From: an uncultured Alphaproteobacteria bacterium
GTDB taxonomy: Bacteria > Pseudomonadota > Alphaproteobacteria > Methylaequorales > Methylaequoraceae
Assembly: GCA_902537615.1 (NCBI GenBank)
Contig: CACBBU010000003.1
Span: 17,647 to 81,646 of the forward strand
DNA: 64,000 bases
Direction of reading: 5' to 3'
In this document: positions 9,146 to 17,839 of the stretch, one piece after another
Numbering within the stretch: position 1 is the first letter of the stretch
How the letters are laid out: each line of letters starts with the position of its first letter
Translations under genes and position numbers: made by a program
Notes under the pieces: model-generated
Databases searched by the model: none
The model's input: the letters and a program-made list of their open reading frames with translations, nothing else
Told to the model about the DNA's origin: nothing

Positions 9146-10611
9146 ACTTTATAGTTTTTGATTTTGAAACAACAGGTAGATCAGCTAGATTTGATCAGAT
9201 ACTTCAAGCAGGATTTATAGTCTATAATAATAACTTTGAAGAAATTGACAGATTAAATATTAAATCAAGGATCAACCCTGATATAATCCCTTCTATTCAC
9301 GCTTTAAGAGTTAATAGGCTGACTATGTCTCAGGTCCTATCAGAGGATTTAACCACTTATCAAATGACACTTGCAATTGAGAAATTTTTATCAAAATATG
9401 AAAATTGTTTTTTTATTGGTTTTAATTCAATCAACTTTGATGAAGAGTTTCTTAGACAATTATTATGGGAACATTTTTTTTTCCCTTACATCTCCAATAC
9501 AAAAGGAAATAAAAGAGGAGATTTATTTAATTTTGTGACTATGGCTCATGCTCTTGATAAAGATTGTGTAAATGTTCCTAGAAACGAAGATGGAAAGCTG
9601 TCATTCAAGCTAGAGAGACTAGCGGAGGCCAACAACTTTGATTCTTCAAATTCACATGAGGCAATTGCAGATGTTGAGGTTACAATGCAATTGATGTGCT
9701 TACTTAAAAATAAAAGAAATGATCTATTTAAAATTTTTATTAATAATTCTTCATCAAGAAATGTTGAAGAAAATATTCACCAAAAAGATTTGTTTACATT
9801 ACATAATTATTTATTTAACAATCACAAAATATATCTCGTAAAAAAATTAATTAAACATCCGTCTTACAAGAATCAGTTTATCGGATTTGACATGAAATAT
9901 GATGTTGATGAAATAGTTAAATTGTCAGAATCGGAATTAAAAGAAGAATATAAAAAAAAGAGTTTCTTTAGAAAAATAAAACTAAACAAACAACCTAGTA
10001 TTTTAGATAAATCATATGCACTAAAATTTAAACCTTATTCTAATTTATCTAATGATGAAATTGACCGTAAATGCCAGTTACTTGATGATAAAAGTTTTTT
10101 AACAAATTTAGAAAACATACTTCAAAAGGAATCCCTAGAGTATTTAGATAATCAAAGCCAAGAAGTTAAATTAGAGGAAAGTACAATATATTCACAAAAT
10201 TTAAATTATAATGATTCCTTTTTAATGAAAGATTTTCACAGTCAGCCCTGGGAGTCAAAATGGAAATTTGCTGAAAAATTTAAAGATCCGAGGCTTAGAT
10301 TTTTTGCTGCTAAACATATATTTAGAAATTTTCCTGAAACACTTCCAAAAAAAGTTTTTTTACATTTGCATAAAAAAGTTTCGGAAAGAATTTTCTCATT
10401 GGAAAAAAAAAGTTTTTTGACATTGCCTGGGGCAATGGAGGAAGCTGATACAATTAGTTTAGAAATTGAGGAGGAGAGAGATAATAAAATCTTATCAACA
10501 CAATTAAATCAATATAATATTTACATAGATTTTTTAAATGATTATTATAAACAACGTGATCCAAAGCCAATAAGATTTGATTCAAGCTTATCAAAAAAAC
10601 TATTTGGATGA
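9142..10611 (+). CDS. sbcB: exodeoxyribonuclease I (DEDDh 3'-5' ssDNA exonuclease)
   Basis: FDFETTG, FNSINFDEEFLRQLLWEHFFFPY, NEDGKLSFKLERLAEANNFDSSNSHEAIADVEVT and C-terminal FFAAKHIFRNFPETLP. These align by eye with E. coli SbcB blocks (YNNVRFDDEVTR..., NDDGLPSFRLEHLTKANGIEHSNAHDAMADVYAT, YRARNFPGTL). Confidence 0.8.
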   Translation: MNFIVFDFETTGRSARFDQILQAGFIVYNNNFEEIDRLNIKSRINPDIIPSIHALRVNRLTMSQVLSEDLTTYQMTLAIEKFLSKYENCFFIGFNSINFDEEFLRQLLWEHFFFPYISNTKGNKRGDLFNFVTMAHALDKDCVNVPRNEDGKLSFKLERLAEANNFDSSNSHEAIADVEVTMQLMCLLKNKRNDLFKIFINNSSSRNVEENIHQKDLFTLHNYLFNNHKIYLVKKLIKHPSYKNQFIGFDMKYDVDEIVKLSESELKEEYKKKSFFRKIKLNKQPSILDKSYALKFKPYSNLSNDEIDRKCQLLDDKSFLTNLENILQKESLEYLDNQSQEVKLEESTIYSQNLNYNDSFLMKDFHSQPWESKWKFAEKFKDPRLRFFAAKHIFRNFPETLPKKVFLHLHKKVSERIFSLEKKSFLTLPGAMEEADTISLEIEEERDNKILSTQLNQYNIYIDFLNDYYKQRDPKPIRFDSSLSKKLFG

Positions 10612-10629
10612 ATTCTATGGAGTAAAATT

Positions 10630-10953
10630 ATGACAGATATTAAAAATTTAAGTCTTGATAATTTTGATAACGAAATTTCAAGTAGTAATATTCCAGTTCT
10701 TGTTGATTTTTGGGCTGAATGGTGTGGTCCATGTAAAATGCTGAGTCCGATTCTTGAAGAAATTTCAGAAGATCGTAAAGATAAGTTACAAGTCGTAAAG
10801 GTAAATCTTGATGAGAATCAAGACTTAGCTATGAAATATTCAATAAGAAGTATCCCTACCTTATTGTTATTTAAAGGTGGAGAATTAATTGATACGAAAG
10901 TAGGACTTTTGCCCAAAAGTGATTTGGTGGAGTGGATTGATTCAAAAATTTGA
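10630..10953 (+). CDS. trxA: thioredoxin
   Basis: WAEWCGPCK active site. 107 aa. Confidence 0.95.
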   Translation: MTDIKNLSLDNFDNEISSSNIPVLVDFWAEWCGPCKMLSPILEEISEDRKDKLQVVKVNLDENQDLAMKYSIRSIPTLLLFKGGELIDTKVGLLPKSDLVEWIDSKI

Positions 10954-10955
10954 CT

Positions 10956-12257
10956 TTAATTTATTTTAAACCCATCATTTTTTAAAACTTCTCCTGCAAG
11001 ATACAAGGATCCACAGATTAAAACCTTCCCTTTTATAAATCTGTTTGAAATTAATTTAAGTGCTTCATTTATATTAACACAAGTTTCAATTTCTTTAAAA
11101 CCTGCGAGGCTTTTGTTCAAACTTTCTTTAATTTTATAAGGATGAATATACTGGTGGTTATCAATAGGAAGAAGAATAAGAAGTGATATTTTGTTAACAA
11201 TTTTTTTTAAGAACTTTACAGGGTCTTTTCCAGAAACCATTCCTAAAATCAGTATTATCTTTGAATTCTTCCATTTATCAATTTCAGTAAATAAAATTTC
11301 ACTTGCATGGGCATTGTGACCTCCATCTAACCAAAGTTCAAAATTTTCTCCAACAATTTTTTTTAGCTTTCCATTATTTAAATTTTGCATCCTACCTGGC
11401 CACACAGCACTTTTAATACCAAGGTTAATTTTTTTCATTTCTAGCTTAAATTTTTTTACAGCCATTATACTTGCTAATGCTGTGGATACATTCTCAATTT
11501 GATGGTTTCCATGAAGACTAGGTTTTTCAAATTCATAATCATTGCCAGAAAAATTCAATACAAAGCTATTTTTAATAATTTTAGATATCTTCCAGTGAAT
11601 TCCTTCTTCAAAAAGAATTGCTTTTTTTTTTTTTACTTCATTTCTAATAAGTTTACGAACAGATTCTTTTTGTTTTGACAATATAATGAGAGATTGTTTC
11701 TTTAGAATTCCAATTTTTTCGTTGGCAATTTTTTTTAAATTTGTTCCTAAGAAATTCATATGGTCCATTGAAATTGGAGTTATTATTGAACACAAAGAAT
11801 TTTTTATTATGTTTGTAGCGTCGTACTTTCCACCTAAACCTGTTTCCAATAGCAAAAGGTCCGAATCAATTCTTGAAAAGGCTAGAAATGCAGCAGCAGT
11901 AGTAATCTCAAAAAAAGTAATGGATTCTCCATTATTTTTATCCTCACATTCCTCGAGAAGTGAACTTAAATATTTATTATTAATTAAAGAAGAATTAATT
12001 CTTATTCTTTCATTAAATTTTATTAGATGAGGGGATGTGTAAGTATGAACATTAAGGCCATTTTTTTCGTAAATTGAGCGTAAATACGAGATTACAGACC
12101 CTTTTCCGTTAGTTCCTGCTACATGAATAACTGGCGGGAGTTTTAGATGCGGATTATCTAACTTTCTAAGAAGTTTTCTAAGTCTGTCTAATGATAAATC
12201 AATTTTTTTTGGATGAAGAAGTTCTAATCTTTTAAGTATATTATTTGATTTATTCAC
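10956..12257 (-). CDS. folC: bifunctional folylpolyglutamate synthase / dihydrofolate synthase
   Basis: HVAGTNGKGS P-loop, Mur-ligase fold length (433 aa). Synteny trxA-folC-accD. Confidence 0.9.
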   Translation of the reverse strand: MNKSNNILKRLELLHPKKIDLSLDRLRKLLRKLDNPHLKLPPVIHVAGTNGKGSVISYLRSIYEKNGLNVHTYTSPHLIKFNERIRINSSLINNKYLSSLLEECEDKNNGESITFFEITTAAAFLAFSRIDSDLLLLETGLGGKYDATNIIKNSLCSIITPISMDHMNFLGTNLKKIANEKIGILKKQSLIILSKQKESVRKLIRNEVKKKKAILFEEGIHWKISKIIKNSFVLNFSGNDYEFEKPSLHGNHQIENVSTALASIMAVKKFKLEMKKINLGIKSAVWPGRMQNLNNGKLKKIVGENFELWLDGGHNAHASEILFTEIDKWKNSKIILILGMVSGKDPVKFLKKIVNKISLLILLPIDNHQYIHPYKIKESLNKSLAGFKEIETCVNINEALKLISNRFIKGKVLICGSLYLAGEVLKNDGFKIN

Positions 12258-12270
12258 TTTAAGAACAAAA

Positions 12271-13110
12271 CTAAAGCAAGAATTCTAAAATATTAAGAAC
12301 TTTTTGATTGAGGTTTCTTCTGTGAACAACAATATCTATCATTCCTTTTTCAATCAAGTACTCAGACTTTTGAAAATTTTGAGGAAGTTTTTCTTTAATA
12401 GTTTCCTCAATAACGCGACTTCCAGCGAACCCAATAGTTGCGTTTTTTTCAGCAATTATGATATCACCTAACATTGCGAATGAAGCTGAAACACCACCAG
12501 TTGTTGGGTCTGTTAAAACTGATATAAACGGTAAATTACTTTTTGCAAGTGAGTTTACAGCTATTACTGTTCTAGGCATTTGCATCAAAGATAGTATTCC
12601 TTCCTGCATTCTTGCACCACCTGATGAGCTAAAAATTACAAGTGGAATTTTATTTTTTAGAGAATGATCACAAGCGGCTATTATAGCTTCTCCGGCCGCC
12701 ATACCCATTGATCCTCCAAGAAAATTAAAATCAAAAATTGCTGCTGTTAATTTTATTGATCCAAGTGTTCCAGATGCTACCATTACAGAGTCATTAGTAC
12801 TATTTTTTTTTTGCGCGTCTTTAAGCCTATCTGCGTATTTTTTATTATCTTTAAATTTTAAAGGATCAGGCTTAATTTTTGGTGTTTCCATTAATATGTA
12901 ATTACTTCCAAAAAGAAGCTCAAATCTTTTTTTTGCGCCAATTCTAAAGTGGTAATCACAGTGCTTACATACAAAAAGATTGTTTTCCAACTCTCTTTTT
13001 AGAAGCATTTGAGAGCATTTTGGACAGGTTTCCCAAAGATTCTCGGGAACTTCTTTTTTTCCTACAAAAGCTTGAAGTTTAGGTCTTACGAAATTTGTAA
13101 TCCAGTTCAT
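12271..13110 (-). CDS. accD: acetyl-CoA carboxylase carboxyltransferase beta subunit
   Basis: N-terminal zinc ribbon CPKC...CKHC, then FNFLGGSMGMAAGEAI. Confidence 0.95.
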   Translation of the reverse strand: MNWITNFVRPKLQAFVGKKEVPENLWETCPKCSQMLLKRELENNLFVCKHCDYHFRIGAKKRFELLFGSNYILMETPKIKPDPLKFKDNKKYADRLKDAQKKNSTNDSVMVASGTLGSIKLTAAIFDFNFLGGSMGMAAGEAIIAACDHSLKNKIPLVIFSSSGGARMQEGILSLMQMPRTVIAVNSLAKSNLPFISVLTDPTTGGVSASFAMLGDIIIAEKNATIGFAGSRVIEETIKEKLPQNFQKSEYLIEKGMIDIVVHRRNLNQKVLNILEFLL

Positions 13111-13122
13111 ATCAATAAACTA

Positions 13123-13929
13123 TCACTTTTTTTTTAATTTTTTCAAAAAATTATTAATTTTATCTAAAATCTTTTGATGATTTAATTTTTCTTGTATGTT
13201 GTTTTCAACTATTTTAATAATTGCTGAACCCACTACACAACCATCAGAAAACTTATTCAGTTTTTTTATTTGTTCATTACTATTAATTCCAAAACCGACT
13301 AACACTGGGAGTGATGTTATTTTCTTAATAGAAGTAACTGATTTTTTAACTGAGCTAATACTTGGTTTTTTAGTTCCAGTTATTCCCATAATTGATACAT
13401 AATAAAGAAACCCTCGGGATGTATTTGATATTTTTTTAATTCTTTCTTTGCTGGTTGTTGGTGCTATTAATCTAATATTATAAATATTATTTTTTTTTGT
13501 CTGTTCTTTAATAAGATGATCTTCTTCAGGCGGAAGATCCACAATTATAATTCCATCAACACCTACTATTCTTCCTTCAGAAAAAAAATTATTTAAACCA
13601 AATTGAAAAATAGGATTAAAATACCCCATTAAAACGATAGGCGTCGTTTTATCTTTTTTCCTAAAATTTTTAATTATTTTAAATGTTTTTGAAATGTTTG
13701 ATTTTGAATTAATTGCTCTTAGACTAGATCTTTGGATTGTTGGTCCATCAGCCATCGGATCAGAAAATGGAATCCCAATTTCTATTATATCTGCGCCAAA
13801 GTTTGGTAAAGAATTAATAATTTTTTCTGATAGTTCTAGGGTTGGGTCACAAGATGTGACAAAACATGCTAAAGCCTTTTTATTTTTTTTTTTTAAGTCA
13901 GAAAATTTTTTATCAATTCTATTTTCCAT
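13123..13929 (-). CDS. trpA: tryptophan synthase alpha chain
   Basis: GADIIEIGIPFSDPMADGPTIQ signature. Directly downstream of trpB. Confidence 0.95.
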   Translation of the reverse strand: MENRIDKKFSDLKKKNKKALACFVTSCDPTLELSEKIINSLPNFGADIIEIGIPFSDPMADGPTIQRSSLRAINSKSNISKTFKIIKNFRKKDKTTPIVLMGYFNPIFQFGLNNFFSEGRIVGVDGIIIVDLPPEEDHLIKEQTKKNNIYNIRLIAPTTSKERIKKISNTSRGFLYYVSIMGITGTKKPSISSVKKSVTSIKKITSLPVLVGFGINSNEQIKKLNKFSDGCVVGSAIIKIVENNIQEKLNHQKILDKINNFLKKLKKK

Positions 13930-13932
13930 TTT

Positions 13933-15153
13933 TTATAAATCAACACCAAGATTTTTAGAAATAGCAAAAATATCTTTATCTCCTCGACCGCACATATTCA
14001 TGACTACAATTGTATTTTTAGTAAGGTTTTTTTTGTATTTTAGTAAGAAAGCTAATGCATGCGAAGGTTCTAGAGCTGGTATAATACCTTCTAGATTACA
14101 ACATAATTTAAATGCATCAAGTGCTTCGCTATCTTTGGAGCTAAAGTACTTAACCCTTCCAGTTTCTTTTAGCCATGAATGTTCAGGACCAATACCGGGA
14201 TAATCTAACCCAGCTGATATTGAATGTGCATCTAAAATTTGCCCATCATTATCTTGTAAAAGATATGTATAGTTTCCATGAAGAAACCCAGGCTTTCCTT
14301 TTGAAAGTGAAGCAGCATGTTCCTTTGTATTTATGCCTTTACCTGCGGCCTCAACCCCGATTATTTTGACTTTTGTTTCATTTAAAAAAGGATAAAAAAG
14401 GCCTAAAGCATTGGACCCTCCTCCTATACAAGCAAGTAATACATCTGGTAGCCTATTTTCAGCTTTGATAATTTGTTGTTTGGTTTCTTTTCCAATAATA
14501 GATTGAAAATCTCTAACCATCATTGGGTAGGGATGAGGTCCGGCTACTGTCCCAATCACATAGAAGGTGTCAGATACATTTGAAACCCAGTCTCTAAGAG
14601 CTTCATTCATAGCATCCTTAAGCGTTGCTGTACCAGATTTAACTGGTTTAATATCAGCACCAAGGAGTTTCATCTTAAAAACATTAGGTGCTTGCCTTTC
14701 AATATCAGTTGCCCCCATGTATACGATACATTTTAAATCAAACAACGCACAAACAGTTGCAGTAGCCAAACCATGTTGTCCTGCTCCAGTTTCAGCAACA
14801 ATTCTTTTTTTCCCCATTCTTTTTGCTAAAAGTATTTGACCAATACAATTATTAATTTTGTGGGCCCCAGTATGATTTAACTCATCCCTTTTAAAATAGA
14901 TTTTGGAGTTATTCAATTTTTTTGACAATCTTTCAGCAAAGTATAAAGGACTAGGTCTTCCTATGTAATTTTTAAAGTAGTAGTTAAGCTGGTTTTTGAA
15001 AGTTTTTGATTTTTTTGCCTTTTCATACTCCTTCTCAACTTCTAGTAACAAAGGCATTAAAGTTTCAGCTACAAATCTTCCTCCAAACTTTCCAAATCTT
15101 CCAAATTCATCAGGAAACTTATGAAAATTAATTTTTTTAGTTTTGAATTTCAT
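13933..15153 (-). CDS. trpB: tryptophan synthase beta chain
   Basis: [14 protein letters not shown]-lysine motif, GGGSNALG. 406 aa. Confidence 0.97.
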   Translation of the reverse strand: MKFKTKKINFHKFPDEFGRFGKFGGRFVAETLMPLLLEVEKEYEKAKKSKTFKNQLNYYFKNYIGRPSPLYFAERLSKKLNNSKIYFKRDELNHTGAHKINNCIGQILLAKRMGKKRIVAETGAGQHGLATATVCALFDLKCIVYMGATDIERQAPNVFKMKLLGADIKPVKSGTATLKDAMNEALRDWVSNVSDTFYVIGTVAGPHPYPMMVRDFQSIIGKETKQQIIKAENRLPDVLLACIGGGSNALGLFYPFLNETKVKIIGVEAAGKGINTKEHAASLSKGKPGFLHGNYTYLLQDNDGQILDAHSISAGLDYPGIGPEHSWLKETGRVKYFSSKDSEALDAFKLCCNLEGIIPALEPSHALAFLLKYKKNLTKNTIVVMNMCGRGDKDIFAISKNLGVDL

Positions 15154-15781
15154 TTTTAAGATAATTGATTAAGTTTTTAATTTTTTTTTCGCATTTAACA
15201 CCTTTTTCAATTTCTACTCCACTTGAGACATCTATTATAGGTGCATTAGTTATTGATAATGCATCCTTAACATTACTAATATCCAAACCGCCCGCAAGCA
15301 TCCATTTTTTTTTTAATATTTGATTTTTTAATAAATTCCAGTCAAAAGAAAGGCCTGTCCCGCCAGATATTCCAGTATTGGTTTTTGCATCAAATAATAA
15401 CATATCGCAAACCTCCTCAATTTTTTTTACATTTTTAATATCTCTTTCTGTGCTAACAGGTAAGGCTTTAATAATAGGTTTTTTTAACATATCTTTAATT
15501 TTTTTAATATCGTTAATACTCTCATCTCCATGGAGTTGAATCATATCAAGATTTACAAAATCTGAAATGTGTTTAATTACATTAATATCAGCATTTACAA
15601 ATAAACCTACTTTTTTTTGGTTAGAGTTAAGGTATGCTGATATTTCTTTAGCGTCAAAGGCATTTAAAAACCTTGGAGATTTTGGATAAAAAACAAATCC
15701 TATATATTCCGCACCAATACTAGCCTTTGCTGACTCAAATGAATTAATTCCACAAATTTTTATTTCTACATTAAATTTCAT
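15137..15781 (-). CDS. trpF: phosphoribosylanthranilate isomerase
   Basis: [12 protein letters not shown]...[18 protein letters not shown]. 17-nt overlap with trpB. Confidence 0.9.
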   Translation of the reverse strand: MKFNVEIKICGINSFESAKASIGAEYIGFVFYPKSPRFLNAFDAKEISAYLNSNQKKVGLFVNADINVIKHISDFVNLDMIQLHGDESINDIKKIKDMLKKPIIKALPVSTERDIKNVKKIEEVCDMLLFDAKTNTGISGGTGLSFDWNLLKNQILKKKWMLAGGLDISNVKDALSITNAPIIDVSSGVEIEKGVKCEKKIKNLINYLKNEIQN

Positions 15782-16460
15782 CTTTTATGTTTTGAATTAT
15801 TTTTTCAATTGAAGAAATTGGGTTATTTGATTCTGTTATTGTTCGTCCAATAATTAATAAAGACGAGCCATTTTTGATAGCCGTTCCAGGTGTTTCTGTC
15901 CTTTTTTGATCATTTTTATCATCGTTAGGAAGACGAATACCCGGTGTGACAAGTATCAATTTCTCAAAATTTTTGCGTAGTAATTTCACTTCTTTTGGAG
16001 ATGAGACAACTCCATCAATTCCTGAAGAAACCCCAATCCTTGTGAGTTTTTCAATATAAGAAATTTCATCACACATTATACCCGATTCTTTTAAATCATT
16101 TTGATCTAGACTTGTAAGCATTGAAACTCCAATTAATTTAGTTTCTTTTTTATACTGGATTAGCTCTTGAATCATTCTTTTTCCACCATTTAAGTGAACA
16201 GTTAAATAATCAGGAGATAAATGAATTAAATTTTTAAATGCTTTTGCTACTGTGTTTGGTATATCATGAAGCTTAAGGTCCAAAAAAATTGGAAGTTCAA
16301 ATTCCTTCAATTTCTCAACTCCAGCAGGTCCATTTTTACAAAAAAATTCAAGTCCAATTTTTATACCTCCTATATGGTCCTTTATTTTTTTGATAAATTG
16401 GATGGTTTGGTCAAGTTCACTAAAGTCTAGAGCACAAAAAATTTTTTTTTTAAAATTCAT
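15771..16460 (-). CDS. pyrF: orotidine 5'-phosphate decarboxylase
   Basis: FCALDF..., IFLDLKLHDIPNTV catalytic Lys motif. 229 aa. Confidence 0.9.
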   Translation of the reverse strand: MNFKKKIFCALDFSELDQTIQFIKKIKDHIGGIKIGLEFFCKNGPAGVEKLKEFELPIFLDLKLHDIPNTVAKAFKNLIHLSPDYLTVHLNGGKRMIQELIQYKKETKLIGVSMLTSLDQNDLKESGIMCDEISYIEKLTRIGVSSGIDGVVSSPKEVKLLRKNFEKLILVTPGIRLPNDDKNDQKRTETPGTAIKNGSSLLIIGRTITESNNPISSIEKIIQNIKDEI

Positions 16461-16655
16461 TCAAAAAAACCTTCTTAAAAATAAAAAAAATAAACTTAGA
16501 ATAAAACCTATAAAAAGAATAATGATAGTGTAAATATAAAAGGGAATTTCAATAATAAAGGGAAATGGAAAAAAATTAATTTTAATCAAAAACTTATTTG
16601 TAACGGAGAAGAAAAGAAAAAAAACTAAAAAAAAAAAAACAACGTTAGGCCTAAT
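16461..16655 (-). CDS. candidate LapA-like (DUF1049) two-TM small membrane protein with no canonical start codon
   Basis: Hand translation of the minus strand: IRPNVVFFFLVFFLFFSVTNKFLIKINFFPFPFIIEIPFYIYTIIILFIGFILSLFFLFLRRFF*. The architecture is TM1, then N..v.i.f.P...e.P, TM2 and RR, and the ihfB-to-pyrF/trpF position is where alphaproteobacteria carry lapA. There is no ATG/GTG/TTG upstream. The first sense codon after the in-frame ihfB TAG that could initiate is ATT 16655. The ORF contains a T13 run. Confidence 0.35.
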   Translation of the reverse strand: MRPNVVFFFLVFFLFFSVTNKFLIKINFFPFPFIIEIPFYIYTIIILFIGFILSLFFLFLRRFF

Positions 16656-16667
16656 ATTTTTTTTATA

Positions 16668-16949
16668 CTATTCTTCATTGATAAGTTCCTTAAGTTTTTT
16701 TCCAGGTTTGAAATGAACAAAATATTTTTGACCTATCTTAATTTGTTCTCCAGTGGCTGGGTTACGACCTAATCTTTCTTTTCTTAATTTAAGAACAAAA
16801 GTTCCAAAATCTCTTAATTCTATTCTATTGCCTTTGGCAAGGTTTGAGGAAAAAAATTGCAAAACTTTTTCCAATGTTCTTTCAACCTCCCTTTTAGGTA
16901 AATAGTCAAATTTTTTTTCTAATTCGGTTAATAGGTCAGATTTTTTCAT
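16668..16949 (-). CDS. ihfB: integration host factor beta subunit
   Basis: MKKSDLLTELEKKF...GNRIELRDFGTFVLKLRKERLGRNPATGEQIKIGQKYFVHFKPGK. Start moved to the MKKSDL Met (16949), which abuts the sppA stop. Confidence 0.9.
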   Translation of the reverse strand: MKKSDLLTELEKKFDYLPKREVERTLEKVLQFFSSNLAKGNRIELRDFGTFVLKLRKERLGRNPATGEQIKIGQKYFVHFKPGKKLKELINEE

Positions 16950-17839
16950 AAACCAGGTGTCCAAATTGCTAATATACCATTATTTAGATTTAAATTAAAA
17001 GGTTTAAGAGAATTTTTAAAAAAAGTGGTATCAATTAGATTGAAAAGAGAGTTTTTTTTATCTACTTCAATCACATCTATTTTTTTATCAAGGTTTCCTT
17101 CTTTTATAATCCAATCTAATGCATCTGTTTCATTTCCTATAAAATCAATAAGATTTAGGTTAAGTGCTTGTTTACTAGTAAATATTCTTCCGCTAGAGAT
17201 TTTTCTGAGAGTGGTTGGATTTAAGTTTCTTTTTTGTTCCACTATATCAATAAATTCATTTTGAAGTTGCCCAATGATTTTATTTAAATAGTTTTTTTTT
17301 TCTTCATCTAATTTTTCTAGTGGGTTAGGAGTAGCTTTAAGTTCGCCGCTTTTTACAATAATAGGTTCAATCCCAATTTTTTCTAATAAAGAAGTTAGTT
17401 GAGCAGTTTGAAGAATCACACCAATTGAACCTGTTATAGTCCCTTGATTAGCAAAAATTTTTTTTGCCCCTAAAGACGCTAAGTAAGCTCCAGATGTTCC
17501 CATTTCTTTCATGTAAACTGTGGTTGGAATTTTTTTGCTTATAGTTTCTAATTTATCAAGGATCTCTTTACTACTGACAAAAGTGCCCCCAGGACTGTTA
17601 ACAATTATCAAAAGGCCCTTTACATTTTTATTTTCATTAATATCACTAAGTTGATTTATTAATTCATTTTTATCAGTAATAATGCCTTCAAGGTGAACCT
17701 TTGCAATGAAATTTTTTGGTTTGATATTGTTCTTAATTAGGAAAATTAATGAAAATAATATTAGAAAGAGTGTAAAAAACTTAATTATCTTGGATTTTCT
17801 TTTTTCAAAGTATTGAATCAAGAAATCATTTTTCTTCAT
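16946..17839 (-). CDS. sppA: signal peptide peptidase SppA, 36K type
   Basis: N-terminal TM, NSPGGT, catalytic GTSGAYLAS context, 297 aa. Synteny rpsA-sppA-ihfB. Confidence 0.85.
   Translation of the reverse strand: MKKNDFLIQYFEKRKSKIIKFFTLFLILFSLIFLIKNNIKPKNFIAKVHLEGIITDKNELINQLSDINENKNVKGLLIIVNSPGGTFVSSKEILDKLETISKKIPTTVYMKEMGTSGAYLASLGAKKIFANQGTITGSIGVILQTAQLTSLLEKIGIEPIIVKSGELKATPNPLEKLDEEKKNYLNKIIGQLQNEFIDIVEQKRNLNPTTLRKISSGRIFTSKQALNLNLIDFIGNETDALDWIIKEGNLDKKIDVIEVDKKNSLFNLIDTTFFKNSLKPFNLNLNNGILAIWTPGL

Noticed and set aside
13694-14203. Long antisense and alternative-frame ORFs in the track (for example 13694..14203, 2526..2792, 3876..4298, 11686..12030, 14567..14839, 18031..19200 set, 36945..37232, 37229..37528, 38703..39014, 39549..39854).
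   Set aside because: Each lies entirely within, or opposite to, a gene with unmistakable conserved motifs (trpA/trpB, ptsI, folC, rpsA, rpmI/rplT, pheT). Their translations are low-complexity F/L/I/S-rich text, typical of shadow ORFs in AT-rich DNA.
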